Assembly: GCA_902526865.1 (NCBI GenBank)
Contig: CABZMK010000002.1
Coordinates: 17,534-81,533 of the forward strand
DNA from: an uncultured Alphaproteobacteria bacterium
GTDB taxonomy: Bacteria; Pseudomonadota; Alphaproteobacteria; Methylaequorales; Methylaequoraceae
DNA: 64,000 nt
Direction: 5' to 3'
The notes beneath the pieces are model-generated. The model did no database searches. It was not told the origin of the DNA and was given only the letters and a program-made list of their open reading frames with translations. A program made the position numbers and the translations under genes. This document shows positions 26,486-36,619 of this stretch, piece by piece. How positions within the stretch are numbered: the stretch's first letter is position 1; the number at the start of each line of letters is the position of its first letter.

Positions 26486-29240
26486 GACCAATTTTAGCAT
26501 GAAAGCTAACTTATCAGTAAAGGAAACTCAATGGCTTGAATTTTGGCATAAAAATAAAATTTATGACAAACTTAAAAAAAAGAATAAAAAAAATATTAAG
26601 TATGTTTTACATGATGGTCCGCCTTATGCAAATGGAGACCTTCACCTTGGTCATGCCTTGAATAAAATTTTAAAAGATGTAATTTGCAGATTTAAATTTC
26701 AGAGCGCAATGAACGTTGAATATGTAGCTGGTTGGGATTGTCACGGACTCCCAATTGAATGGAAGGTTGAGGAGCAGTTTAGAAAATCTGGGAAAAAAAA
26801 ATCGGAAGTTAATTTGCAAACATTCAGAGAAGAATGCAGACAGTTTGCAAAGAAATGGGTAAATATTCAGAGAGATCAATTTAATAGATTTGGTATTCAG
26901 ACTGATTGGGAAGAAATTTATTTAACAATGAATAAAAACTCGGAATTAACAATTGTATCTGAGTTATTGAAATTTCTGGAATCAGAACAATTATATCTTG
27001 GATTTAAACCAGTAATGTGGTCTGTTGTTGAACAAACCGCATTAGCTGAAGCTGAAATAGAGTATTTGGAAAAAAAATCAAAAGCAATTTACGTTAAATT
27101 TCCAGTAGAAAACTTTTTGGAAAACGTAAGTGTAATTATCTGGACTACGACACCTTGGACTATTCCATGCAATAAGGCAATTGCCTTTTCTAATGATCTT
27201 AAATACTCACTAATTGAAATTGACAAGGATATTAAAAATCTCGCATTAAAAAAAAATGACAAGATTATATTAGCCGATAATTTAGTTCAAAATTTTTGTG
27301 AAACTCATTCAATTAATAACTTTTCAAAAGTAAGTTTTTTTGATTCAGAAAAACTTAAGCAACTAAAATGTCATCATCCACTAAGAAATTTAGGATTTGA
27401 TCATTTAGTCAGTTTATTTGAAGCTGAGCACGTTACCGATGAGGCTGGAACAGGATTAGTTCATATAGCACCAAATCATGGAGTTGAAGACTTTGAAGTT
27501 GGAATAAAAAATGACCTAGATAATTTGCCTACAGTAGATAATTCTGGAGTGTACACTGATAATGTTCCCTTTTTTTCAGGTACGCACGTGTACAAAGCTG
27601 ATGAGAGTGTTATTAATGAATTAAAAAATTCAAATACTCTAGTTGGTTCAGATGATTATTTTCACAGCTATCCTCATTCTTGGAGGTCCAAGGCACCATT
27701 AATTTATAGAGCAACATCTCAATGGTTCATCTCAATGGAAAGAAAAGATCTTCGAAGTAAGGCTCTCAATGAAATAGAGAAAGTAAAGTGGATACCTGAA
27801 AACAGTAAAAATAGAATTAGATCTATGGTGAAAGATCGACCAGATTGGTGTGTATCAAGACAACGTTCGTGGGGCGTTCCAATTACTATCTTCGTCTCCA
27901 AGGTAAATGGCGAACCTCTTATTAATAAAAATATTAATATGAAAATATTATCGACTATAAAAAATGAAGGTATTGATGCTTGGTTCACTAAACCAAAAGA
28001 TTATTTTTTAAGTGAAATAGCAAATTCAGAAGAATATGAAAAAGTTAGTTCTATTCTAGATGTTTGGTTTGATTCAGGTTCAAGTCATGTTTATGTTTTA
28101 AAAAACAATGGTTTTAACTGCAAAGCTGATCTTTATTTAGAAGGTTCGGATCAGCATCGTGGTTGGTTTCAATCGTCTTTAATTGAAAGTTGTGCGAACT
28201 ACGGCGAAAGTCCATTTAAGTCAGTCTTGACACATGGTTTTGTAATCGATGAGAAGGGAAAAAAAATGTCAAAATCGTTAGGAAATGTGATTTCACCTTC
28301 AGATGTAATTAAAAAGTATGGTGCTGATATTTTAAGAATTTGGGTTGCTAATTCAAACTTTAATGAAGACATAAAAATAAGTTATCAGAACTTGGAACGG
28401 CAAGCCGAGAGTTATCGAAAAATAAGAAACACAATAAGGTTTATTCTAGGAAATTTAAATAATTTCTCTTTAGGTTCAAAATTAGAACATAAAAGCCTTT
28501 TACCATTGGAGAAATTTATAAGGCATAAGCTTTATAACTTGAATAAAGAGATTATCGAGGCTTATGATGCGTTTAATTTTCATAGAGTTTTTCAAACGAT
28601 ACTTAACTTTTGTTCGCAAGAACTTTCTGCTCTATTCTTCGATATAAGAAAAGATGCATTATATTGTGATAAAAATAATTCTTTGAATGTAAGATCATCT
28701 AAAACGGTCATGACTGACGTTTTTGATTGTTTAATTAGATGGCTTTCACCTATAATACCTTTCACAACTGAGGAAGCATGGCAGTGTTGGAAAGAAGATA
28801 TTAACAAAAACAGTGAACTGAGTTGTCATTTATTAGAAAATCCTGAACTTCCTGATGAATGGAACGATGTCAATTTAAATAATGAATGGTCAAAAATTTT
28901 AGAAATTAAAAATGCTTTTACTTTTGCTGTTGAACAAAAAAGAAATAAAAAAGAAATCAAATCCAGTTTAGAAGCAAGTGCTTTTGTTTATTTTAAAAAT
29001 AATGAGTATAAGAAAATTTCAGAGAATCAAAATTTAAGCGAGATTCTTATTTCAGCGAATATAGAATTTTCAGATGATTTCGATGATCAATTCCTTTTTA
29101 ACTCAGACAACGAGGAAATTGGGGTGAAAATATTTAAAGAAGAAGGAGATAAATGTCCAAGATGTTGGAAACTGTATAAACAACTAGATAAAAAAAATCA
29201 GCTTTGTGATAGGTGTATGTCGGTAATTAATGAAAATTAA
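26451..29240 (+). CDS. ileS: Isoleucyl-tRNA synthetase
   Basis: Contains YSKTINLPKTNFSMKANL, HLGHALNK (HIGH) and KMSKSLGN (KMSKS), with a C-terminal Zn-finger CPRC...CDRC. Confidence 0.97.
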   Translation: MTNYSKTINLPKTNFSMKANLSVKETQWLEFWHKNKIYDKLKKKNKKNIKYVLHDGPPYANGDLHLGHALNKILKDVICRFKFQSAMNVEYVAGWDCHGLPIEWKVEEQFRKSGKKKSEVNLQTFREECRQFAKKWVNIQRDQFNRFGIQTDWEEIYLTMNKNSELTIVSELLKFLESEQLYLGFKPVMWSVVEQTALAEAEIEYLEKKSKAIYVKFPVENFLENVSVIIWTTTPWTIPCNKAIAFSNDLKYSLIEIDKDIKNLALKKNDKIILADNLVQNFCETHSINNFSKVSFFDSEKLKQLKCHHPLRNLGFDHLVSLFEAEHVTDEAGTGLVHIAPNHGVEDFEVGIKNDLDNLPTVDNSGVYTDNVPFFSGTHVYKADESVINELKNSNTLVGSDDYFHSYPHSWRSKAPLIYRATSQWFISMERKDLRSKALNEIEKVKWIPENSKNRIRSMVKDRPDWCVSRQRSWGVPITIFVSKVNGEPLINKNINMKILSTIKNEGIDAWFTKPKDYFLSEIANSEEYEKVSSILDVWFDSGSSHVYVLKNNGFNCKADLYLEGSDQHRGWFQSSLIESCANYGESPFKSVLTHGFVIDEKGKKMSKSLGNVISPSDVIKKYGADILRIWVANSNFNEDIKISYQNLERQAESYRKIRNTIRFILGNLNNFSLGSKLEHKSLLPLEKFIRHKLYNLNKEIIEAYDAFNFHRVFQTILNFCSQELSALFFDIRKDALYCDKNNSLNVRSSKTVMTDVFDCLIRWLSPIIPFTTEEAWQCWKEDINKNSELSCHLLENPELPDEWNDVNLNNEWSKILEIKNAFTFAVEQKRNKKEIKSSLEASAFVYFKNNEYKKISENQNLSEILISANIEFSDDFDDQFLFNSDNEEIGVKIFKEEGDKCPRCWKLYKQLDKKNQLCDRCMSVINEN

Positions 29241-29694
29241 CAAAGATTTTATTTTAGCTTTTACAATTTCTTCGATTGCAGTGATTCTTGATCAGATCTC
29301 AAAATCATTAATTTTAAAATATAAGTTCTTACTTCCAATGAAATTGTCGTCTTTTGACATTTTGAATATAGTTTATGTTGAAAATAAAGGTATTAGTTTT
29401 GGAATACTTTCAGAGTATAATATTCCATTTTGGCTAGGAATATTGTCTTTTACAATTAGTTTATATGTAATCTTTCTGATAGTAAAGTCTGAAAGTAAGT
29501 TGGAATTAACTGGATTGTCATTAATTTTAGGTGGAGCAATTGGGAATGGTATTGATAGATTATTTAGTGGTTATGTAATTGATTTTATTGATCTTTATTA
29601 TAGAAATTTTCATTGGCCGGCATTTAACTTTGCTGACTCGTTTATAACCGTGGGAGCTATTTTATTTTTTATTAAATTATTTTTTTTTAAATAA
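29230..29694 (+). CDS. lspA: Lipoprotein signal peptidase (signal peptidase II)
   Basis: Has four transmembrane segments and the motifs NKGISFG and FNFADSFITVG. It overlaps ileS by 11 nt. Confidence 0.9.
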   Translation: MKINKDFILAFTISSIAVILDQISKSLILKYKFLLPMKLSSFDILNIVYVENKGISFGILSEYNIPFWLGILSFTISLYVIFLIVKSESKLELTGLSLILGGAIGNGIDRLFSGYVIDFIDLYYRNFHWPAFNFADSFITVGAILFFIKLFFFK

Positions 29695-29808
29695 GAAAAT
29701 AATTGAGAATTATGCTTTTCAAAGCCGTAAACTAATGTTATTTATATATTTTACAAGCAACAAAATGTTTGTATTAATGTTTAATTGAACACTATATATA
29801 GTATAATT

Positions 29809-30465
29809 ATGCAAATCTTACGTACACTTAGAACATTGTCCATATCAATGTTTCTTATACTTGTGCAATCATGTTCAACAATTGAGTCAACAGTGGACTC
29901 AACTTTGGATTCCATAAGTGAAGCTGGTGACTTTATCTATGATTCTGTTAATTTCTGGGATGAGGACGAACCAGAGCAAAGCGAAGCTGTAATAATTGAG
30001 GAAGCGGTAGAGGTTCCAGAGTATGCTATTCCAGATGAGAGTTACTTTGAACCTGGGTTAAGTCAGGAACAAAATTTTAGCAATCAACAGAGCTTTCAAC
30101 CCCAAGTTAATGCTCAACCTTACTATGACCCAATCTACAGGAGCCAGAGACAATACTATTATGTGGGACCTAATGGAACTCCAATGCTAGCTCCACCTCC
30201 ACCACCTTTTCCTCAATATTCAATTGATCAAGTAGCCCCAATTCCTTATTCATATTCAAATAACCTTGATATGCCTAGGTCATTTAATCCAAATATTAAC
30301 AATTTCGCACCTAGGCAGAGTTTAGGTGTTACAAACCAAAATCAAAATGTTGAACCAACTATTACACTTGAAGAAGAAATGGAATTATTTGGAATACAAA
30401 ATGATTGTGTTAGAGTAACAGAAGATTTTGTAAACGGCGGATTTATGTGTGATGATTATGATTAA
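29809..30465 (+). CDS. Hypothetical lipoprotein, acidic N-terminal half and Q/N/P/Y-rich low-complexity core
   Basis: Starting from the ATG at 29809 the sequence is MQILRTLRTLSISMFLILVQSC, a signal peptide plus lipobox Cys. The tracked TTG at 29785 is an alternative start. I recognise no family. Confidence 0.5.
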   Translation: MQILRTLRTLSISMFLILVQSCSTIESTVDSTLDSISEAGDFIYDSVNFWDEDEPEQSEAVIIEEAVEVPEYAIPDESYFEPGLSQEQNFSNQQSFQPQVNAQPYYDPIYRSQRQYYYVGPNGTPMLAPPPPPFPQYSIDQVAPIPYSYSNNLDMPRSFNPNINNFAPRQSLGVTNQNQNVEPTITLEEEMELFGIQNDCVRVTEDFVNGGFMCDDYD

Positions 30466-31042
30466 TAATTACTTAAAGTATTTTCTTATCTTTTCTGTAT
30501 TTGTATTAAACTCTTGTGAAACTCTTCAAGACTTCGCCGGTTTAAATAAACCTGACCTTGAAATAGATTTATTTGAAGAAACGCCCGAATTAGTTCTTCC
30601 CCCAGATTTTGGAAAAGTTGCTAAGAGAAATAAATATAGAAATGAAAAAATTATCAATCAAACGCCAGATTTTATTGATAATTTTCAGCAACCACAATAT
30701 CAAAGCATCCAACCCCGTGTGACAAATTATATTGCTCCTAGAATAAATATTGAATCATCACCAACTCCTTCTGATTCACTCGAAAGATTTAAAGAGAATA
30801 AAAAATTTACAATTGGCCAATGGGTGTACGGACAATATATACAAGGTTTTAAACAAGGAAATCTTTATTACAGACCAATTTATGATAAGGGTTATAACTT
30901 TTCCAGAAGATATTTACCTGATCAAAACATAACTTCCTTTTTAAGACCACAACAACAATATATTGAAAATGCCAATAGAAGAGAATCCATTCCAATGGAT
31001 TCAAATTTTCAGAATTTAGAAAACTTACCAATAATTGATTAA
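30449..31042 (+). CDS. Hypothetical lipoprotein, DUF3035-like
   Basis: Lipobox FVLNSC. The segment GLNKPDLEIDLFEETPELVLPPDF resembles the PDEF...PL.lPPdF signature I recall for alphaproteobacterial DUF3035 lipoproteins. The start is ambiguous (30449, 30452 or 30458). Confidence 0.5.
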   Translation: MMIMINNYLKYFLIFSVFVLNSCETLQDFAGLNKPDLEIDLFEETPELVLPPDFGKVAKRNKYRNEKIINQTPDFIDNFQQPQYQSIQPRVTNYIAPRINIESSPTPSDSLERFKENKKFTIGQWVYGQYIQGFKQGNLYYRPIYDKGYNFSRRYLPDQNITSFLRPQQQYIENANRRESIPMDSNFQNLENLPIID

Positions 31043-32353
31043 ATGAAGATAGTTGGGATTTTATTTATTCTACTATTTTGCTTTGAATCCAAATCAAACA
31101 TAAATTTCAATGCTAAATCAACTACTTTGGAAAATGGATTGAGATTAATTGTTGTAGAAAACCCCAGAGCTCCTGTCGTTGCTCAAATGATGTGGTATAA
31201 TTTCGGATCGAATATAGAACAAAGAGGTAAAAGTGGTTTAGCTCATTTTATGGAGCATCTTATGTTTAAAGGAACAAAGAAATTCCCAAATAGTTACTAT
31301 TCAGATTATCTTTCAAAAATAGGTGGCAGTGAGAATGCATTTACAAGTTACGATTATACGGCTTATTACCAAATTTTTCCTAGTCAACATTTGGAAAAAA
31401 TTATCGAACTCGAAGCTGACAGAATGAACAACTTAACTCTAACAAAGAAGAATGTGGAAATTGAGAAAAAAGTAATTTTAGAAGAAAGATTTCAAAGAAT
31501 TGAAAGCAATCCGTCTGCCCAACTTGACGAATCTATAAGAACCGTATTATTTCCAAATGATTATTATGGTCGACCTATAATTGGTTGGAAGCACGAAATC
31601 GAAAATCTCTCTTATGATGATGTAATTGATTTTTATAAAGAAAATTATAACCCCAACAACGCTATTTTAATTTTGTCAGGAGATATAAAATTTAAAAATG
31701 CAAAAAAATTAGTAAATAAATATTACAAATCTATAAAACCTTCACAAAAGATAAAACTTAATAAATTAGATAATCCTGATCTAAAAACTTCTACAAATGT
31801 AGAACTAAGCAATGAAAATGTGAAGCAACAAATATGGAAGAGAATATATAGAACAAAGTCTTATAATGACTCAATTACTCAGTCAATTGCATTAGATTTA
31901 GGAATGAAAATTCTTGCTGGAGGGACTTCTAGTTTATTGTACGAAGAGTTTGTAAATAAAAAAAAGATTTTTTCAATGGTGGGAGGTTTTTTTCAAGGTT
32001 TAACAAAAGGAAACGGATATATTTATTTTTACGCAATACCCAATAAGAAAGTTGAACAGTTTGAAATAAGTGACATGTTGGATAACTTTATAGTTCAAGC
32101 CATAGATGAGGGTATCTCTGAAGAAAAATTAATCTTAGAAAAGAAAAAATATTACTTTGATAGTATTTACGGCATGGACGGAATTTTAAAACCTGCTGAA
32201 ATTATAGGAGAAGCCTTAACTATTGGTTTAAGTCTGGATGATATTGAAAATTGGAATGACAAACTTGATGAGATAAATCTGGAAATGGTAAAAAAAGAAT
32301 TAAAAGAATTTTCAAAAAATAGAAATTTTGTAACAGGAAACTTGAAGAATTGA
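31043..32353 (+). CDS. M16 family zinc peptidase (pitrilysin/MPP-beta-like, active-site subunit)
   Basis: Has a signal peptide and the inverted zinc motif HFMEHLMFKGT (HxxEH). Confidence 0.85.
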   Translation: MKIVGILFILLFCFESKSNINFNAKSTTLENGLRLIVVENPRAPVVAQMMWYNFGSNIEQRGKSGLAHFMEHLMFKGTKKFPNSYYSDYLSKIGGSENAFTSYDYTAYYQIFPSQHLEKIIELEADRMNNLTLTKKNVEIEKKVILEERFQRIESNPSAQLDESIRTVLFPNDYYGRPIIGWKHEIENLSYDDVIDFYKENYNPNNAILILSGDIKFKNAKKLVNKYYKSIKPSQKIKLNKLDNPDLKTSTNVELSNENVKQQIWKRIYRTKSYNDSITQSIALDLGMKILAGGTSSLLYEEFVNKKKIFSMVGGFFQGLTKGNGYIYFYAIPNKKVEQFEISDMLDNFIVQAIDEGISEEKLILEKKKYYFDSIYGMDGILKPAEIIGEALTIGLSLDDIENWNDKLDEINLEMVKKELKEFSKNRNFVTGNLKN

Positions 32354-33639
32354 GATTTATTTTTTTATTTTTTTTATTAATATTTAAAAACTTAGATGCT
32401 TTTGAATATAAAAATCTTAAAACAAATTCTGGAATTGAATTTTGGTTTGTCGAGGATAAATCAATACCAATTGTCAGTGTAAGTTTTAGTTTTAGGGGAG
32501 GGAGTTCAATTGATATTAAAGATAAAAATGGTGTTTCAAATTTGATGACATCTCTTCTAGACGAAGGAACTCGTAATTTAACTTCAAAGCAATTCAAAAA
32601 CGAAATGAAAATGAATGGAATGAAGTTAAGCTTTAGTACACAGAAAGATAAGATTGATGGTGTGTTTCAAATCATTTCAGCTCAGGCCAAGGATGGTTTT
32701 GATTTATTTTACGAAGCTTTAAATCATCCAAGCTTTAATGAGGTGGATATTAACAGAGTTAAGAGGCAAGTTATATCTAGTATAAAAATTGATGAGTCTG
32801 ATTTATCAACTTTAGCTTCAAACAAATTTAATCAACACTTTTTTAATGATCATGTTTTCTCAAACAACATAAAAGGATCGGAAGAATCAATTAAAAAAAT
32901 TACAAGAACTGATTTAGTAAACTTTCATAAAAGATCTTTTGTAAAGAATAATTTAGTAATTGGTGTTGCTGGCAATATAAACGTTAATAAAATAAAAAAA
33001 TATATTGAACATGTTTTTGGGGAATTAAAAGACAATCAACAAAATTATTCTATTAAACAATTTAAGGCTCTATCTGTTGGGCAAAAATTTTTTGAAATGA
33101 AAACACCACAGTCTAGTGTTTTATTTGGTCATCCTGGATTAGAGAGAAATAATGAAAATTTTTTTGCACTTAGAATTGCAAACTATATTTTGGGTGGCGG
33201 TGGATTTCAATCTCGTCTATACAAAAATGTCAGGGAAAAAAAAGGTCTTGTTTATTCAATTTATTCATATTTATTGTCTTACGAAAATGATGGTGTGATT
33301 GTTGGGGGCTTTCAAACAAGGAACAAATCTGTCTTTGAAACTATTGAAAATGTAAAAAATGAATGGAAAAAACTTAATAAACGTGGAATTACAAAAAGCG
33401 AGTTAGACAATGCTAAAGCTTATTTTAATGGATCTTTTACAAGGAATTTTACAAGCACTCTGTCGATAGCAAGATTATTACAAGTTGTTCAATATTATGA
33501 GCTTGGAGCCGATTATTTTATTAAAAGAGAGAAAATCATCAATAGTCTAAATCTAGAAAAAGTAAATGGTATAATTTCAGAATATTTCTCAAACGAAAAA
33601 TTGTTTTTTATGATTGTCGGAGAGCCAGAAAAGAAATGA
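32350..33639 (+). CDS. M16 family peptidase-like protein lacking HxxEH (non-catalytic partner subunit)
   Basis: M16 fold with NLMTSLLDEGT in place of HxxEH. The TTG start overlaps the upstream stop (TTGA). Has a signal peptide. Confidence 0.8.
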   Translation: MRFIFLFFLLIFKNLDAFEYKNLKTNSGIEFWFVEDKSIPIVSVSFSFRGGSSIDIKDKNGVSNLMTSLLDEGTRNLTSKQFKNEMKMNGMKLSFSTQKDKIDGVFQIISAQAKDGFDLFYEALNHPSFNEVDINRVKRQVISSIKIDESDLSTLASNKFNQHFFNDHVFSNNIKGSEESIKKITRTDLVNFHKRSFVKNNLVIGVAGNINVNKIKKYIEHVFGELKDNQQNYSIKQFKALSVGQKFFEMKTPQSSVLFGHPGLERNNENFFALRIANYILGGGGFQSRLYKNVREKKGLVYSIYSYLLSYENDGVIVGGFQTRNKSVFETIENVKNEWKKLNKRGITKSELDNAKAYFNGSFTRNFTSTLSIARLLQVVQYYELGADYFIKREKIINSLNLEKVNGIISEYFSNEKLFFMIVGEPEKK

Positions 33640-34883
33640 TTTTTTTACAAGAGACATTTAATTTAGAAAAAAAAGTAAAAAAAACACAAAAACAGAAATA
33701 TACAAAGTCAAAAATCAAAATGCTAGAATTAATAAAAAAAAATTCTTTTGGTTTCATTCAAGATTTGCACCAAAAAGATTTCTCAGACATTTATCAATTT
33801 TCTGAAAAACTTCAAAAATTCGAAAACGTATTATTTTTAGGAACAGGTGGCTCTAGCCTAGGTGGCAAAACACTAGTTTCATTGATGGATAATATTTTTA
33901 TAAATGCGACAAGACCTCGAGTTTTCTTTGTAGAAAATATTGATTCATCGTCAATACATGGTTTGCTACAAAATATAGATTTAAAAAAATCAGCCTGTGT
34001 TGTTACATCAAAGTCAGGTGAAACAATTGAAACAATTGCGCAGTTTTTCTCTGTATTCAATGAATTTAAAAAAAAAAAAATTTCAATAAAAAAAAGATTT
34101 TTCATTATTACTGAAGACAAACAAAGCACACTGAAAGAAATTCAGGAGAGTGAAAACTTAGATTTTTATCCGCATCCGATTGATATTGGAGGACGATATT
34201 CTGTTTTCTCAATTGTTGGTTTAATTCCATCAAAAACCATTGGTTTTGACATAAAGCGTTTTTGTAATGGAGGTAAAAGTTTTTTAAAGGAAATAGAAAA
34301 TGAAAATAATTTCGATTATTACTTTACCCCTATTTCAAATTTAATTGATCTAAAAAAAAAGGGTGTGAATATGTCAATTGTAATGCCATACCATGATTCA
34401 TTAAATAATTTATCATTTTGGTACAGACAACTATGGGCTGAAAGTATTGGAAAAAAAGGCAAAGGTATAACTCCATTAAATGCTTTAGGAACGGTTGATC
34501 AGCATAGTCAGCTACAACTTTATTTAGATGGTCCAAAAGATAAGTTTTTTACATTTATTGAAAAAACGAGAGACAAGAGTGTTACAAAATTAGATTGTCG
34601 TTATTCTAAATCTAAAACATTTCAAGATCTTCATCAGAAATCATTAGAAGAATTACTCAATGCAGAGATGAACGCAACCATTAAAACTATCAGTAATAGA
34701 AAAATACCTATTAGAAGAATAACTTTGGAGTCTTACAATGAGAAATATATTGGAAGTCTAATGATGTTTTTTTTTATAGAAACAATCTTTAGTTGTTTCT
34801 TGCTAGAGGTAAATCCATTTGATCAGCCTGCGGTGGAAGAGGGGAAAAAACTAACTAAAAGATTTCTTAAATATAATGAGTGA
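33636..34883 (+). CDS. pgi: Glucose-6-phosphate isomerase (short bacterial/archaeal type)
   Basis: SIS domains are present, with the motifs GTGGSSLGGK, SKSGETIET and IGGRYSVFS. Confidence 0.85.
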   Translation: MIFLQETFNLEKKVKKTQKQKYTKSKIKMLELIKKNSFGFIQDLHQKDFSDIYQFSEKLQKFENVLFLGTGGSSLGGKTLVSLMDNIFINATRPRVFFVENIDSSSIHGLLQNIDLKKSACVVTSKSGETIETIAQFFSVFNEFKKKKISIKKRFFIITEDKQSTLKEIQESENLDFYPHPIDIGGRYSVFSIVGLIPSKTIGFDIKRFCNGGKSFLKEIENENNFDYYFTPISNLIDLKKKGVNMSIVMPYHDSLNNLSFWYRQLWAESIGKKGKGITPLNALGTVDQHSQLQLYLDGPKDKFFTFIEKTRDKSVTKLDCRYSKSKTFQDLHQKSLEELLNAEMNATIKTISNRKIPIRRITLESYNEKYIGSLMMFFFIETIFSCFLLEVNPFDQPAVEEGKKLTKRFLKYNE

Positions 34884-36618
34884 GATCAAATTATTATCAG
34901 AAAGTTTAATTAATAAGATTGCAGCTGGAGAAGTTTTAGAAAGACCAGCATCGGCTGTTAAAGAATTGGTAGAAAATAGTATTGATGCTGGGGCCAAGAA
35001 AATCGATATTTTTATAGGGAATGGCGGTAAAAGTAACATAACAGTTTTAGATGACGGTCAGGGTATAAAAAAAGACGAATTAGAAAAAGCCGTTTTACGT
35101 CACACAACTTCGAAACTAAATTCATCAAATTTAAATTGTATTAAAACAATGGGCTTTAGGGGTGAAGCATTGTCGTCGATAGCATCTGTTTCAGACTTTT
35201 CTATAAGTTCTAATCAGAAAAATAATTCAGAGGGTTACGAGATTAAAATAGTTTCAGGTAAAGTTAAATATGTTAAACCTATAAATCAGAAAAAGGGAAC
35301 TCGTGTTAAAGTAAGAAATTTATTCTTTTCAACACCAGCAAGATTAAAATTTCTTAAATCTGAAAACTACGAATCTATTCTTATTAAAAGACTTATTCAA
35401 AATTTTGCCATAATTCATTTTGATAAAGAATTTAATCTTTATTTAAATAACAAAATTACAATCAAGACATCTTTATCAACAGATAGAGAAGTAAAAAACA
35501 GATTTTTTAATAGGGTTAATCAGATACTAGGGACAGATTTTATTGAAAATTCAATCGATCTCGAAGCAAATTCTGAGTTTATTTCACTTTCTGGTCTCCT
35601 TGGATACCCAACTTTTAATTATTCAAACTCTAATAATCAATTTGTTTTTGTAAACGGAAGAGTAATTAATGACAAGACTTTGAATACAATTTTCAGGGTT
35701 GCATATAAAGATGTAATGTTTCATGACAGATTTCCGCAGCTTATTCTAAATATAAAGTGTCCACACGACTGGGTTGATGTAAATGTACATCCGATGAAAA
35801 ATGAGGTGAGATTTAGTGACTTTAATTTTTTAAAATCATTCATTATTAAAACATTCAGAGATTCATTTGAAAACATAGGTTATGAAAATAACAAATTAAA
35901 ATCATCAACACTATTAGTTGAGCAAAACAATGGAAACGGTTTTCAGGAGAAATTTAAACTAAAAGAAACAAATAATTCTAATTTTGAAAAAAATAATATT
36001 TATAATTCATTTGATCAGCTTAATAAGCCTGAGCAGCTCTATCCCTTAGGACACGCTAAAAGTCAGTTTCATGCAAATTATATTATATCAGAAACTGAAG
36101 AGGGAATAATAATAGTAGACCAGCATGCAGCTCATGAAAGGATTGTATATGAAAGTTTAAAGAAAGATTATTATGAAAATAAAATTAAAACTCAACTTTT
36201 ATTAATTCCTATTATTTTAAATTTAGACAATTTGGTAATAAAAGATTATCAAAAAAAATTCGAAAACTTAGGAAAGTTTGGATTAAAAATAGATGCATTT
36301 GGATCAAATTCCGTGATTGTAAGAGAAATACCAGCCTTAGTTGCAGATTGTAACGTCAAAAACCTTGTAGACGCGGTTATTAATGATATGGCCAATGAGA
36401 ATTCTTTAAATTCATTGGAAACAGAAGTTAATAAAATTTGCTCAACAATTGCATGTCATGGTTCAATAAGATCCGGAAGAAAGCTTGAAGTTGAAGAAAT
36501 GAACGACTTATTAAGAAAAATGGAAAATACTAAAAATTCTGGACAATGTAATCATGGACGACCAACCTTTATAAAATTAAATACCGCAGAAATAGAAAAA
36601 TTATTCGGAAGAAAATAA
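34876..36618 (+). CDS. mutL: DNA mismatch repair protein MutL
   Basis: Contains INKIAAGEVLERPASAVKELVENSIDAGA and the C-terminal endonuclease-type motif DQHAAHERI. Confidence 0.95.
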   Translation: MSEIKLLSESLINKIAAGEVLERPASAVKELVENSIDAGAKKIDIFIGNGGKSNITVLDDGQGIKKDELEKAVLRHTTSKLNSSNLNCIKTMGFRGEALSSIASVSDFSISSNQKNNSEGYEIKIVSGKVKYVKPINQKKGTRVKVRNLFFSTPARLKFLKSENYESILIKRLIQNFAIIHFDKEFNLYLNNKITIKTSLSTDREVKNRFFNRVNQILGTDFIENSIDLEANSEFISLSGLLGYPTFNYSNSNNQFVFVNGRVINDKTLNTIFRVAYKDVMFHDRFPQLILNIKCPHDWVDVNVHPMKNEVRFSDFNFLKSFIIKTFRDSFENIGYENNKLKSSTLLVEQNNGNGFQEKFKLKETNNSNFEKNNIYNSFDQLNKPEQLYPLGHAKSQFHANYIISETEEGIIIVDQHAAHERIVYESLKKDYYENKIKTQLLLIPIILNLDNLVIKDYQKKFENLGKFGLKIDAFGSNSVIVREIPALVADCNVKNLVDAVINDMANENSLNSLETEVNKICSTIACHGSIRSGRKLEVEEMNDLLRKMENTKNSGQCNHGRPTFIKLNTAEIEKLFGRK

Positions 36619-36619
36619 G

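Noticed and set aside
29802-29807. Perfect TATAAT hexamer upstream of the first lipoprotein gene as its -10 box
   Set aside because: It ends 1 nt before the ATG at 29809, so a transcript starting about 7 nt downstream would begin inside the CDS. TATAAT is also expected by chance in sequence this AT-rich.
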